Assembly: GCA_049967655.1 (NCBI GenBank)
Contig: JBMFSH010000003.1
Span: forward strand, 78,937 to 142,936
Length of the DNA: 64,000 nt
Direction: 5' to 3'
From: Acidobacteriota bacterium
Lineage (GTDB): Bacteria; Acidobacteriota; UBA4820; DSQY01
Positions 1 through 9,720 of this stretch are shown piece after piece (position 1 is the first letter of the stretch; the number at the start of each line of letters is the position of its first letter). Under the pieces are notes generated by a model. It was not told where the DNA came from and searched no databases. It saw only the letters and a list, made by a program, of their open reading frames with translations. Position numbers and translations under genes: made by a program.

Positions 1-1924
1 AGACCCCGCCGAGGAGCGTCCCCGACGGACTCGGAATGGGAAATTTGATGGAGCTGAAGAGGCGCTGATCGCCGTGCAGGGGCAGCCCCTCTTGCCACCG
101 GGTCGGCCCATTTTTCGAGAGAGCCTCGGTGTCGTGGCCACGCAGGGAGGCCCCAACCTCGGCGCCGTAGATCTCTTCGGGCGTACGGCCGATGCACTCC
201 TCGACGGGCCGGCCCAGCGTGGAGGCCATGTACTCGTTCAAGTAGAGGTAGCGGCTCTCGGCGTCCTTGATGAAGACGCGCGCCGGGATTGCCTGCATGA
301 AGAGCCGGAAACGCTCCTCGCTCTCCCGAAGCGCCTCCTGCGCCTTGAGGCGCTCGGCCCTCACTTCGAGGACCTCGAGGGCGTACCCCAAGTCCCCCGC
401 CAGCTCGTCCAGGAGGGCCACCTCCTCCTCGCCGAAGGCGTGGGGCCGCTCGGCGTAGACGGTGAGCGCGCCCACGACGGCCTCGCGCACGCGGATGGGA
501 AAGGCCGCCGAGGAGCGGTAGCCGGCCCGAAGGGCCGCTTCCCTCCAGGGGGCCATGGCCGGGTTGGTGGTCACGTCCAGGTTGAGGACGTGGCGGTTCT
601 CCCGGATGGCCGTGCCCGTGGGGCCGCGCCCGGCGGGGGAGTGGTCCCAGCGCACCGTCACCCCCTCGAGATAGGCCCTGGCGCCCTCGCTGGAAGCAAC
701 GGGAGCCACCGTTCCCGTGGATTCGCCCTTGAATCCGATCCAGGCCATGCGGAACAGGCCTTGCTCCGCGAGGATGCGGCAGGCCCCGGAGAGCAGGCGC
801 TGGCGCTCCTGCTCGCGCACGATGAGCTGGTTGATCTCCGAGAGGGTCCTGAGCAGTCGGTTGAGCTGGAGGATGCGCCCCTCGGAGCGCTCCCGCTCCG
901 CGAGGACCGCCTTCAAGGCCCCCAGCCGCTGGCGGCGCCAGAGGCCGTACCCCGCGCCCGCCAGGATCATCAGGAGAGCCAGAAGCAGCAGTCCCTGCTG
1001 GATCATGTCCCGGTGGTAGGAGGCCAGCGCCTCCGAGCGGTCCACCTTCACCACCAGGCCCCAGTTCGTCCCCCGGATTGGCCGGGTGGCCGCGAAAACC
1101 GGCACGCCGCGGTAGTCGGTGAACGCGCCGAAGGTCTTCCGGCCCTCCGCGGCGAAACGGGCGGCGAGGCCGGGGGTACTGAGCGGCAGGCGAAGCGGGA
1201 GTGGTTTGGCCGGCCAGAACCGGAGCGGGCTGATGAAGAGGATGCTCCCATCCTCTACCTCGGCCAGGACCGTCTCGCCCGTCCGGGTTGGGACGGGTTG
1301 GTGCTGGAGCAGCGGGAAGAGCCACCGGGCGGGGTCCATGATGAGCAGGACCCACCCCCTCGCCGGCACGCCCCCCTGCTGGCCCGGTGCCCTCACGAGC
1401 GCGAGAAATCCCATCCGCGTGTCACCCGTCCTCACGCCCCGATAGATCAACGCCCCCTGGTTTTGTCCGGCGCGGGCCGCACGCGCCGCCGCGGCACACG
1501 GGGGTGCGAGAGGGGGAGCGCCCTCCGTTGCGGCCACCTCCTCGCCGCTTGCGTTCAGGACGTATGCGGCCAGGTACCCGGCGTTGGTTACGAAGCTGTC
1601 GAGGACCTGATCGACGTGCCGTTTCACCAGGGGCAGAGCGCCTCGGCCGGCCAACAGCTCATCGACGCTCGGGAAGGAGGCGATCTCGCGAGCGTCGCCC
1701 CAGCGCTCGGTGAGCCACGCTTCCAGCGCCTTCTCCCGGTCGTCCGCCATGGCCGTGAGGCGTCCCCCCCACGCCTCCACGGCCTGCTCCCGCTCGGCGA
1801 GGGCGTAACGGCGGGCCCCCAGGCCGATGAGCGCGAGCAGCGCCAGGCAGAGAGCCAGGCCCAGGGCGCGGCGAAGCGAGAGGTGCCCCGGTTTCTCGGA
1901 ATCGGTTGGAGCCGGGAAGCCCAT
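1..1924 (-). CDS. Membrane sensor protein (TM-extracellular sensor-TM-GAF-PAS...), 3' end runs off the window; probably a histidine kinase or similar
   Basis: Translated by hand from ATG 1924: MGFPAPTDSEKPGHLSLRRALGLALCLALL... (TM), GAF-like LRTLSEINQLIVRE...GRGPTGTAIRE...SSAAFPI, then ESEERFRLFMQAIPARVFIKD (PAS). Absent from the ORF track because there is no stop in the window; ORF 74..2005+ is its in-register antisense shadow. Confidence 0.85.
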   Translation of the reverse strand, partial: MGFPAPTDSEKPGHLSLRRALGLALCLALLALIGLGARRYALAEREQAVEAWGGRLTAMADDREKALEAWLTERWGDAREIASFPSVDELLAGRGALPLVKRHVDQVLDSFVTNAGYLAAYVLNASGEEVAATEGAPPLAPPCAAAARAARAGQNQGALIYRGVRTGDTRMGFLALVRAPGQQGGVPARGWVLLIMDPARWLFPLLQHQPVPTRTGETVLAEVEDGSILFISPLRFWPAKPLPLRLPLSTPGLAARFAAEGRKTFGAFTDYRGVPVFAATRPIRGTNWGLVVKVDRSEALASYHRDMIQQGLLLLALLMILAGAGYGLWRRQRLGALKAVLAERERSEGRILQLNRLLRTLSEINQLIVREQERQRLLSGACRILAEQGLFRMAWIGFKGESTGTVAPVASSEGARAYLEGVTVRWDHSPAGRGPTGTAIRENRHVLNLDVTTNPAMAPWREAALRAGYRSSAAFPIRVREAVVGALTVYAERPHAFGEEEVALLDELAGDLGYALEVLEVRAERLKAQEALRESEERFRLFMQAIPARVFIKDAESRYLYLNEYMASTLGRPVEECIGRTPEEIYGAEVGASLRGHDTEALSKNGPTRWQEGLPLHGDQRLFSSIKFPIPSPSGTLLGGV

Positions 1925-2040
1925 TCTGGTTCCCCCTCCGCGCCGCCCAACGATGATTATCCCGTTGGGTCCGCCGCCAGCTTGCTCGCGCTGATGCCAC
2001 TGTAGGCCCCCCGCACCGGCCGGTCAAGCCCTCCCGCCAT

Positions 2041-2237
2041 CCCAAATTCCGCGATGCAATTCCCGCCGGCGTGGGAGCCCTCGCCTGACGGCGACTACTC
2101 CTCGCGATTAGGCAATTAAGCGATTAGGCGAGATGGGATGAAAGGTCGGCCCCCTTTCAGGCAAACTACCCTAGCTCGCAACCCATGGCTGGATGAGCCT
2201 TGCCTCGCCATCTCCTCGCTCAATCGCGGAATCTGGG
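2041..2237. mobile_element. MITE family 2, copy A
   Basis: TIRs CCCAAATTCCGCGAT / ATCGCGGAATCTGGG (14/15), flanked by direct repeat GCCAT (2036-2040, 2238-2242). Homologous in reverse orientation to 26728-26956. Confidence 0.8.
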
Positions 2238-2253
2238 GCCATCCCCTCGTTCC

Positions 2254-2313
2254 CCGTCATTCCGGCTTGTCCGGAATCAGGTTCTGGACTCGCTCCGCTC
2301 GCCAGAATGACGG
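2254..2313. repeat. CGTC-type REP-like inverted doublet
   Basis: CCGTCATTCCGGCTTGTCCGGAATC ... GTTCTGGACTCGCTCCGCTCGCCAGAATGACGG; the second half is the reverse complement of 6296-6329. Confidence 0.7.
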
Positions 2314-2344
2314 CATAGGAGATGTCATGGGCGAGCGCCCTTGG

Positions 2345-4732
2345 TCATCCTGACCCCTCGCTCCCCGCCGTGCCCTCCACGATCGGCAGCTTCACGGTGA
2401 AGGTGGCCCCGGGCGGGGGGGCGTTGTCGGCGGCCTCGAGGGTGCCGCCGCTGCTCTCGACGTAGTGGCGGGCGAGGGCGAGGCCGAGCCCCCTGCGGTT
2501 CGAGCTGGCGGTAACGAAGGGTTCGAAGAGGCGGTCCCGGATGGAGGGGGGCAGGCCCGGCCCCTGGTCGGAGATGCTGATGGCGCAGAGGCCATCCTTG
2601 CACACGCAGGCCAGTGTGACGGTGCCCTCGGGCGGGGAGACCTGGGCGGCGTTGTCGAGAAGGTGCAGGAGGGCCTTGACGATCTTTTGGGGGTCCGCTG
2701 CGAACGGCTGCGGGCGGTCGCAGAAGGCGGTCGCGACGCGGCCCCGGAGGCGGGGGTTGTTCTGCTCCGCCAGGGCCAGGGCCTCGGCCACGATCTGGCG
2801 CGGGTCGTTCACGAGGATCGCTTCGTGGCTGGAAACCTGGCCCAGCTCCAAAAGGCTCTGCATGAGAGAATTGAGCCGCCCGGCGTGTTCGAGCACGTTG
2901 TCCAGGAAGCTCCGGGTCTCGGCGCTGGGGCTGAAGCGCCGCGCCAGGGCCTCGAGGTTGACCTGGATGGCGAAGAGGGGGTTGCGCACCTCGTGGGCCA
3001 CGCCGGCGGCGATGGTGCCGATGATCTCCAGGCCCCTGGCGCGCAGGCGCTCGCGGGCGAGGGCCTCGTGCTCGGAGAGGTCCATGAGCGTGCCCTCGAT
3101 GAGCTGTTCGCCTTGCGGTCCCCTGATGAGGGCGACATTCTCAATGGCCTGAAAGAGCGAGCCGTCCTTTCGCCGGGCCATGACTTCGTGTCGCGTGAGT
3201 GCTCCCTCGCGCAGGAGCCTCTGGAGAAATCCGCCATATTGCGACGGGTCGGCCGAGAAGTGGTGGTCCCTCGCTTCCATGGCTTCCGCCGAGGAGCCAA
3301 AGCCGAACATGGCCGCAAAGGCGTGGTTGCACTCGAGGAGCCTGCCTTCCAGTGTCGTCAGATAGACCCCGGCCAGATTGTGCTCGAAGAGGGCGCGGTA
3401 GCGCTCCTCGCTTTCCGCCAGCGCCTTCTCGGCGCGCTTGCGGTCGGTGATCTCGATGGAGATCCCGCCCACCAGCGTGGTTCGGCCCTCGGCGTCTCGG
3501 ACGGGGAATTTGGAGGCGATCCACCAGGTCTCACGGTCGTTGACGACCAGCCTCTCCTGATCCCAGAGGAGCTCCTCTCCCCCCAGGATCCGCGCGTCCT
3601 CCTCGAGGATGGCCTGGGCCTCGGCCGGGGGGAGGAGCTCATCCACGGGCCGCCCCAGGGCCTCCTGCGCCGTCTTGCCGGTCAGCCTTTCCCACGCCTC
3701 GTTGACGTAGACGTAGCGTCCCTCGGCGTCCCGGAGAAAGGCCAAGGCGGGAAGATAGCGCATGAAGGAGGCGAAGCGGGTCTCCGACTCCTGCCGGGCC
3801 CACAGCTCCGCCCGGAGCTCCTCGTTGAGGCGCGTGATGGTCGAGGTCTTCTCGCGGATGCCGTCTCGCAGGCGCTCGCGCCGGTTCACCAGGAGGTAGG
3901 TGAAGCAGAAGAGGAGGAGGGCGATGATCCCGCCGATGGCCCAGTGGAAGGCACTGCTTGCCTCCGTGTCTGCTCCCCAGCCGGCCGCGGGGGCGGCCCC
4001 GAACTCCCACCGGCCTCCTCCCAGCTCCAGCGACTTCAGGACCGGCCGGTCCGAGAAGAGCGAGGAGGGGCCGTAGACCACCTTGCCGTCCGGCCCGCGC
4101 ACGGCGATGAGGAGGGGTGATCCCTTGGCGTCGAATCCCGCCTCCTCGAGGAGGCCGGGAAAATCCACACAGACTCCGGCAATCCACCGGCCGCCGTCCG
4201 GGCCCTCCGCCGCCAACCTGGCCGTGATGTCCGTGCCGCCCTGGATGAGCGGGTGGGGAGGGGTGATGATGACCTGGCCCGTCCGGAGGGTCCGATCCAC
4301 CGCGCCTCTCTCCTCGGGCCAGGCGTCGTGCCCCAGGTCCAGGCCGACGATCGCCTGGTTGCCCTTCTCGGGGTAGATGTAGGTGATCACTCCGTCGGGC
4401 GCGGCCCAAACGGCCTTCAGGCGGGGCGTCCGCTCGTAGATCTGTCGGAGGAAGGGGGGGAGATCGGCGGGCAGGTCGGCGGCGGGGGTCACGCGGAGGA
4501 ATGCGGCCAGGCTCTCCGCGGCCGCCAATCGCTTTTCGATGGTCAGTCGGAGCGCCAGGACACGATCGCCTAGCCGGTCGGCCGTCTGAGCCCGCTGCAG
4601 CGCGATGACGCCCGTTCGGTGGAAGCGCGCCACCTGGGCCCAGAGGAGCACAAACAGGCCCGCGGCCAGAAGGCCGAAGGCCAGCGACCTTCGCCGCGGC
4701 TTCGTGAGGCGCCTCGCCCAGGATTCGAACAT
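2345..4732 (-). CDS. CHASE-PAS-PAS sensor histidine kinase
   Basis: Two TMs around a CHASE-like domain (YIYPEKGN, LIQGG), two PAS/PAC repeats, H-box AHEVRNPL, DQGPG, FEPF and GLGL boxes. Confidence 0.92.
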   Translation of the reverse strand: MFESWARRLTKPRRRSLAFGLLAAGLFVLLWAQVARFHRTGVIALQRAQTADRLGDRVLALRLTIEKRLAAAESLAAFLRVTPAADLPADLPPFLRQIYERTPRLKAVWAAPDGVITYIYPEKGNQAIVGLDLGHDAWPEERGAVDRTLRTGQVIITPPHPLIQGGTDITARLAAEGPDGGRWIAGVCVDFPGLLEEAGFDAKGSPLLIAVRGPDGKVVYGPSSLFSDRPVLKSLELGGGRWEFGAAPAAGWGADTEASSAFHWAIGGIIALLLFCFTYLLVNRRERLRDGIREKTSTITRLNEELRAELWARQESETRFASFMRYLPALAFLRDAEGRYVYVNEAWERLTGKTAQEALGRPVDELLPPAEAQAILEEDARILGGEELLWDQERLVVNDRETWWIASKFPVRDAEGRTTLVGGISIEITDRKRAEKALAESEERYRALFEHNLAGVYLTTLEGRLLECNHAFAAMFGFGSSAEAMEARDHHFSADPSQYGGFLQRLLREGALTRHEVMARRKDGSLFQAIENVALIRGPQGEQLIEGTLMDLSEHEALARERLRARGLEIIGTIAAGVAHEVRNPLFAIQVNLEALARRFSPSAETRSFLDNVLEHAGRLNSLMQSLLELGQVSSHEAILVNDPRQIVAEALALAEQNNPRLRGRVATAFCDRPQPFAADPQKIVKALLHLLDNAAQVSPPEGTVTLACVCKDGLCAISISDQGPGLPPSIRDRLFEPFVTASSNRRGLGLALARHYVESSGGTLEAADNAPPPGATFTVKLPIVEGTAGSEGSG

Positions 4733-4819
4733 GCCCTAGCCCCTTATCCTTGGGATGCCCGATGGCATCCCCGCCACAGCGCGAACCGTATCGCGGCGGT
4801 TCGTTATGGACCGCATTGT

Positions 4820-4835
4820 TGCAAGAATAGGGCCA
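4820..4835 (-). promoter_or_regulatory. Candidate sigma54 (-24/-12) promoter for the histidine kinase
   Basis: Minus strand reads TGGCCCTATTCTTGCA (GG-N10-GC with TTGCA), about 90 bp upstream of ATG 4732. Confidence 0.45.
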
Positions 4836-5041
4836 GTGTCCTTTCCCCTGCCGGCCCGCCCTCGGCATTGCCCCAGCTCAGGCTGGACGGGCGCTTGGGG
4901 TTGTCTCAAGGATGAGTGAGGATTCCGCGGGGGGATGGGGGGTCCTGGCCGGGTGACTAGGCTGTATAAGAACGGTGACAAAAGAGGCGGGAGGCGGCTA
5001 CGCAGCTTGCTCCGGCGCCCTGTCTGCATTAGGCTGAGCCC

Positions 5042-6238
5042 ATGGAGAGGAGCGCCCCCCCCTGCGAAGGTCGGCCACGCGTGCTGCGCGAGGTTTTTCG
5101 CCAGACTATCGCCACGTGGTTTCTCGTGGGGGCCTGCGTGGCCCCATGGTGCTGCGCTATGGGAGGCCAAGCGAGGAGCGGCCGGGCCGCGCGAGGCTCG
5201 CGCACGGCCTTCTACGACCACGCCGCCTATGCGCGGGGGCGGTCGCTCTGGGCCAAGGGCGATCTGGGCGGAGCGGCGCGGGCCTTTGCCGCCATGGTCC
5301 AGACCTCCGCGGGCGCGGAGACCTGGACGTGGAGCATCGCTCTCTTGTGCGAAACCCACAGCGTGGCGGGGATGAGGGACGCCGTGCGCGCTCCGTCGCC
5401 CATCTTCATCTCCTCAATGACCTTCCAAGGGCGGACTTGCTACCGGCTCTGCGCGGGACTGGCCCCGAGCCGTGCGGCCCTGCTCAGGCAGGGGAGGCCG
5501 AGGCCGAAAGATCCGGCCCTTCGCCCCTTCCCCGTCCGGCTCGCGGCCTTTGCCGCCGGGCCGCCGCCGGCGGCGGCCGGAGCGAGTTTGGATTCCTCCG
5601 GCGCTTCGCCGCCAACCTCATCTCCTGAAGAGGTGCCGCTTCAGAAACCCTCCCCGGTGGAACAGAGCCCCTCTAACGGTGTGAAAGCGGGCCAGGGCCT
5701 GGTGGCGGCTTCGGGCGAGGCGGCGGGCCGTTCAGCGAATGCCGGCGCCGAGGCCGCTCCACGGCGGGGCGCGGTCCATCAGCCCGAAGGGGAGGTCTGG
5801 TTCCAGAAGGGGCTCCAGGCCTATCAGAACGGGCGAAGGAGCGAGGCCGACGAGGACTTCGAGCGGGCCCTCGCGGCCGACCCCGAAAGACCGGAGGTCC
5901 TGAACAACCTGGGGATCCTCCGGCTGGAAGAGAAGCGCTACGCGGAGGCCGAGGCCCTCTTCCGCAAGGCCCTGGCCGTCGATCCCGAGTACGCTCGGGC
6001 CCACCTGAACCTGGCCGGCGCCCTGTGGGGGCAGAAAAAGCAGGCGGAGGCCGTGGCCGAGGCCCGGAAGGCCGCCGAGCTCGATCCATCGGACGTCCAC
6101 GCGCACCTCAGCCTGGCCTCCTTCTACCTGGCCCTGGGGCAGCGCCCGGAGGCGGAGACGGAGGCGAAGCGGGTTTTGCTGCTGGATCCTGGCAACATGC
6201 AGGCGAAGGCCTTCCTGGCTGGGGTACCGAGCCCGTAG
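5042..6238 (+). CDS. Exported TPR protein with an N-terminal SPOR-like domain
   Basis: C-terminal TPR repeats (PEVLNNLG, ARAHLNLA, HAHLSLA), Pro/Ala/Ser-rich linker, TCYRLCAG segment. Start uncertain. Confidence 0.75.
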   Translation: MERSAPPCEGRPRVLREVFRQTIATWFLVGACVAPWCCAMGGQARSGRAARGSRTAFYDHAAYARGRSLWAKGDLGGAARAFAAMVQTSAGAETWTWSIALLCETHSVAGMRDAVRAPSPIFISSMTFQGRTCYRLCAGLAPSRAALLRQGRPRPKDPALRPFPVRLAAFAAGPPPAAAGASLDSSGASPPTSSPEEVPLQKPSPVEQSPSNGVKAGQGLVAASGEAAGRSANAGAEAAPRRGAVHQPEGEVWFQKGLQAYQNGRRSEADEDFERALAADPERPEVLNNLGILRLEEKRYAEAEALFRKALAVDPEYARAHLNLAGALWGQKKQAEAVAEARKAAELDPSDVHAHLSLASFYLALGQRPEAETEAKRVLLLDPGNMQAKAFLAGVPSP

Positions 6239-6295
6239 GGAGCGAGACGGGAGACGCGAGGCGCGAGGTGATGACCGGGGCGTCTCCTCCCCGCC

Positions 6296-6329
6296 CCGTC
6301 ATTCTGGCGAGCGGAGCGAGTCCAGAATC
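6296..6329. repeat. CGTC-type REP-like element
   Basis: CCGTCATTCTGGCGAGCGGAGCGAGTCCAGAATC between convergent genes; matches the reverse complement of 2281-2313. Confidence 0.7.
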
Positions 6330-6366
6330 GGATCCCTTCAACCCGCGCCCTGAACGGCCCGCGCTC

Positions 6367-6900
6367 TCAGCTCCCGGGCTTGGGAGCCCGCACGAGGTGG
6401 ACGTCGTCGATCCAGACGGTGCCCTGGCCGTTGGCCACGAGGTTGAGCTTCACCACGTCGGGTTTCTGGCCGGCCTGAATGACCGTGGAGGTCTCCATGT
6501 CCACCCACCCGGTGGTGCCCCCGATGGCCTTCTGGTAGTCCATGGTGCTGAGCGAGCCGCCGTTGGCGAAGTGGACCACCATCTGCAGGTAGGCGTCACC
6601 GCCGAAATCCTTGGTCTTGACCTTGGCCTTGTAGATCAGCGACGAGCCCTCCGCGCCCGGGAAGGGGACGTCGAAGAGGGCGACGGTGGTGGGCTGATCG
6701 GCGGTGATCTTGAGGGAGCCCTTGCCGTCCGCCGAGACGGAGGGATCAAAGGTCACCAGGCCCGGCGTCTGAACGCCGTCCATGTTGTCGCAGGGGAAAT
6801 ACTGGATGTCCTTGGGAGGCTGCGGTCCCTTCGAACAGGCCAAGACCGCCACCATGAGCGCGGCCAGCCCCACCAGGGCGATAGTGCGAACGTCTTTCAT
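6367..6900 (-). CDS. Lipoprotein with a carbohydrate-binding-like beta-sandwich
   Basis: MKDVRTIALVGLAALMVAVLAC lipobox; GTTGW...GTVWIDDV motif; RBS GAGGAG. Confidence 0.75.
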   Translation of the reverse strand: MKDVRTIALVGLAALMVAVLACSKGPQPPKDIQYFPCDNMDGVQTPGLVTFDPSVSADGKGSLKITADQPTTVALFDVPFPGAEGSSLIYKAKVKTKDFGGDAYLQMVVHFANGGSLSTMDYQKAIGGTTGWVDMETSTVIQAGQKPDVVKLNLVANGQGTVWIDDVHLVRAPKPGS

Positions 6901-6945
6901 CGGTTCCTCCTCGGTACCTCCCATCGGAGGGATGGGCGGATCCCC

Positions 6946-7248
6946 TCAATCCAGGTCGATGTCCCGCTTGAAGGGCCCTTGCGGCCCCTCCTTGGCTTTT
7001 TCGAACAGCTCCTTGAACTTCTTTTCCAGAATGTCCTTCTTGCCCTTTTCCGACCGGATGCTCTCCTTGAACTTCTCCTCGGCCGCTCGCTTCTCCTCGT
7101 CCAGCGTCTTGAGCCTGGCCTCGAAGGAGGTCTTCTCGTGCTGGTCGGGTGGAGGCTGGTGATCGCAGACCACCCGAGATTCGCCGTCGATGGTCAGGAG
7201 CGCTCCGCAGCAGGGGCAGGTCACCGTGAAGCTGTCGCCGTCGCTCAC
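6946..7248 (-). CDS. Hypothetical protein (CPCC knuckle plus coiled coil)
   Basis: GTG start with GGAGGA RBS; FTVTCPCCGALL followed by an E/K-rich helix; coding-like codon usage. Confidence 0.75.
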   Translation of the reverse strand: MSDGDSFTVTCPCCGALLTIDGESRVVCDHQPPPDQHEKTSFEARLKTLDEEKRAAEEKFKESIRSEKGKKDILEKKFKELFEKAKEGPQGPFKRDIDLD

Positions 7249-7338
7249 CGCAAGGTCCTCCCATCCAGAGCATAGCAAGATGGAGGGGCCACCGCCAGGG
7301 GGGAAGCGCCGATCCCGATACCCGCCTCGCCATCTCGC

Positions 7339-7474
7339 TCCATCGCTTAATTGCTCCATCGCTCAATTGCTCAATCGCTCAATCGCCCAATTGCTCAATC
7401 GCCCAATTGCTCAATCGCCCAATCGCCCAATCGCTCAATCGCTTCATCACCTCATCCCCTCATCACCTCATCCC
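7339..7474. repeat. Degenerate octamer tandem array (TCAATCGC-like) x17
   Basis: 17 consecutive 8-mers (TCAATCGC/CCAATTGC/CTCATCCC variants) ending 33 bp before murJ. Confidence 0.9.
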
Positions 7475-7507
7475 GTCCCACCCCCCGCCCGTGCTATCCT
7501 CCCCGCC

Positions 7508-9070
7508 ATGGGACTGGGGGAGCGCGGCATCCTCAGGCACACCGCGAACGTGGCGGCGCTCACGCTGGTGAGCCGGATCCTGGGCTACGTGCGGGACCGG
7601 CTGCTGGCCTCGCTCCTGGGCACCTCCACCTGGGCGGACGCCTTCTACATCGCTTTCCGGATTCCCAACACCTTCCGCCGCTTCGTGGCCGAGGGGGCCA
7701 TGACGGCGGCTCTCGTGCCGGTGATAACGCGCTCCATGAGGGAGGACCCCCCGGAGTCGGCCTGGCTCTTCGCCCGCCGGTTCCTGTACGGCTTCGCCCT
7801 CCTCCTGCTCCTCCTGACGGCGGCGGGAACCCTGGCGGCGCCGGTCATCGCGCGGCTCATGGCCTGGCGGTACGCCCAGGAGGCGCCCGCCGTCTTCGCC
7901 CTGACCGAGCGGTTGACGGCCCACCTCTTCCCGTACCTGCTCTTCGTCTCGCTGGCGGCCGTGGCCATGGGCATACTGAACGCGCGGGAGATCTTCGCCC
8001 CGTCGGCCCTGGCGCCGGCTCTCCTGAACGTGGCCATCATCACGGCCGCCCTGCTCTGGGGCCACCGGAGCGGCAACCCGACGGGCATGCTGGCGTGGGC
8101 CGTCCTCGCGGGAGGGGCGCTCCAGTTCCTGATTCAGGTGCCCTTCCTGCTGAGGGAGGGGATGTCCTTCGCTCCGGCCTTCTCGCTCACGGACCCCCGC
8201 GTCCGCCGGGTCTTCCAGCTCATGGTGCCCGCGGCCATGGGAGCTGGGGTCGGGCAGATCACGCTGCTCGTGGGGACGGCGCTGGCCGGCCTGGCGGGCG
8301 AGGGGGCCGTGGCCGCCCTCTACTACGCCAACCGCGTGACCGAGCTGGCCTTCGGGATTCTGGCGGCCTCCCTGGCCACGGTGATTTTTCCCCGCCTCTC
8401 CAGCCTCGTGGCCATGGGAGACCGGAAGGAGCTGGAGGGGACCCTCTCCCGGGCGCTGGAGGCGGTCCTCTACTTCCTCCTGCCCGCCACCGCCGGCATC
8501 CTGGCCCTCTCCTCGCCCATCGTCCGCGTGCTGTTCGAGACGGGCCGCTTCTCGGCGCACTCGGTCTCCCTGACCTCGGGACCGCTCACGGCCTATGCCG
8601 CGGGCCTGGTGCTCTGGGGAGCGGCCGCGGTGCTGGTGCGGGCCTGCCACGCCCACCAGGACATGCTCTCGCCCTTCCGGGCGGGGCTCCTCAGCCTGGC
8701 CGTCTTCGTGGCGGCGGCCCTCGGCCTGTTGAGGCACTTCGGGGCCGCGGGCATCGCGGCGGCCTCCTCCACCGCGGCGCTGGCCAACCTCCTCGCGCTC
8801 GCCCTGGCGGTCGCGCGCAGGCACCGGGTCCGCCTGCCGTGGAAGGCGCTCGCCCTGGCCCTGGCGAGGGACGGGGGTCTGGCGGCCGTCATGGGGCTGC
8901 TCTCCTTCGAAATCTGGCGCGCGCTGCCCCACGCAGGAAGGCTCGCCGCGGCGGGAGCCCTCGGCGCCGCCGTGGCCGGCGGGGCGGCGCTCTACCTCGG
9001 AGGCTCATGGCTCCTCGGCTTCCCCGAGGCCAGGCGTGTGCGGGAGATCTTTGGTAGGATGAGGCCATGA
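7508..9070 (+). CDS. murJ: Lipid II flippase MurJ
   Basis: SRILGYVRD, DAFYIAFRIPNTFRRFVAEGA, LYYANR motifs; many TMs. ATG 7508 chosen because the longer ORF reads through the repeat. Confidence 0.95.
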   Translation: MGLGERGILRHTANVAALTLVSRILGYVRDRLLASLLGTSTWADAFYIAFRIPNTFRRFVAEGAMTAALVPVITRSMREDPPESAWLFARRFLYGFALLLLLLTAAGTLAAPVIARLMAWRYAQEAPAVFALTERLTAHLFPYLLFVSLAAVAMGILNAREIFAPSALAPALLNVAIITAALLWGHRSGNPTGMLAWAVLAGGALQFLIQVPFLLREGMSFAPAFSLTDPRVRRVFQLMVPAAMGAGVGQITLLVGTALAGLAGEGAVAALYYANRVTELAFGILAASLATVIFPRLSSLVAMGDRKELEGTLSRALEAVLYFLLPATAGILALSSPIVRVLFETGRFSAHSVSLTSGPLTAYAAGLVLWGAAAVLVRACHAHQDMLSPFRAGLLSLAVFVAAALGLLRHFGAAGIAAASSTAALANLLALALAVARRHRVRLPWKALALALARDGGLAAVMGLLSFEIWRALPHAGRLAAAGALGAAVAGGAALYLGGSWLLGFPEARRVREIFGRMRP

Positions 9071-9588
9071 TCGTGGTGCTGCAGCGGGTGAGCCGGGCTT
9101 CGGTGAGCGTTGACGGCGAGAGGGTCGGCGCCGTGGGCCCGGGTCTCCTTTCCCTGGTGGCGGTGGAGGCGGGGGACACGGAGGCCGAGGTGGACTGGTG
9201 CGGGCGGAAGACCGCCGAGGTCCGCATCTTCTCGGACCCGGAGGGGAAGATGAACCTGGACGTCCGTCAGGCGGGCGGGTCGGTGCTGGCGGTCAGCCAG
9301 TTCACGCTCGTGGGCGATCTGAAGAAGGGGACGCGTCCCTCCTTTTCTCACGCGGCGCCGCCCCGGGAAGCCATCGTGCTTTTCGAGCGTTACGTCGAAG
9401 GCGTGCGGTCCATGGGCCTCAAGGTGGCCACCGGGGTCTTCGGGGCGATGATGGCGGTGGAGCTCGTGAACGACGGCCCCGTGACGATCATCCTCCAGCG
9501 CCGGCCCCGGGCGCTGGAACTGGAGAAAGAAAAGAGCACCACGGAGGCACAGAGGTACAGAGAAATTGCGGATGAAGGGACACGTTAA
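9067..9588 (+). CDS. dtd: D-aminoacyl-tRNA deacylase
   Basis: VLQRV, SQFTL and NDGPVT motifs. Confidence 0.95.
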   Translation: MIVVLQRVSRASVSVDGERVGAVGPGLLSLVAVEAGDTEAEVDWCGRKTAEVRIFSDPEGKMNLDVRQAGGSVLAVSQFTLVGDLKKGTRPSFSHAAPPREAIVLFERYVEGVRSMGLKVATGVFGAMMAVELVNDGPVTIILQRRPRALELEKEKSTTEAQRYREIADEGTR

Positions 9589-9720
9589 GGGGCAGAGGAC
9601 CAGAGGTGGGGCCGCGGAAATGGGGCGCCATGAGGGTTCTGGCTAATGCGTGGCGCTCCTGCCCTCCCTTCCTTCTTGCCCCTTCCTCCTGGTCGCCGCT
9701 TCTTTTAGAGGAGTCTCACC

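Noticed and set aside
74..2005. 643-aa + strand ORF, and similar long ORFs (2465..4120, 23362..25992, 47804..49735, 57468..59450)
   Set aside because: Antisense shadows of real genes, typical of high-GC codon bias; no recognisable motifs.
7190..7507. Long N-terminal extension of MurJ (SIAQLLNR repeats)
   Set aside because: It is read-through of the octamer array; MurJ similarity starts at ATG 7508.
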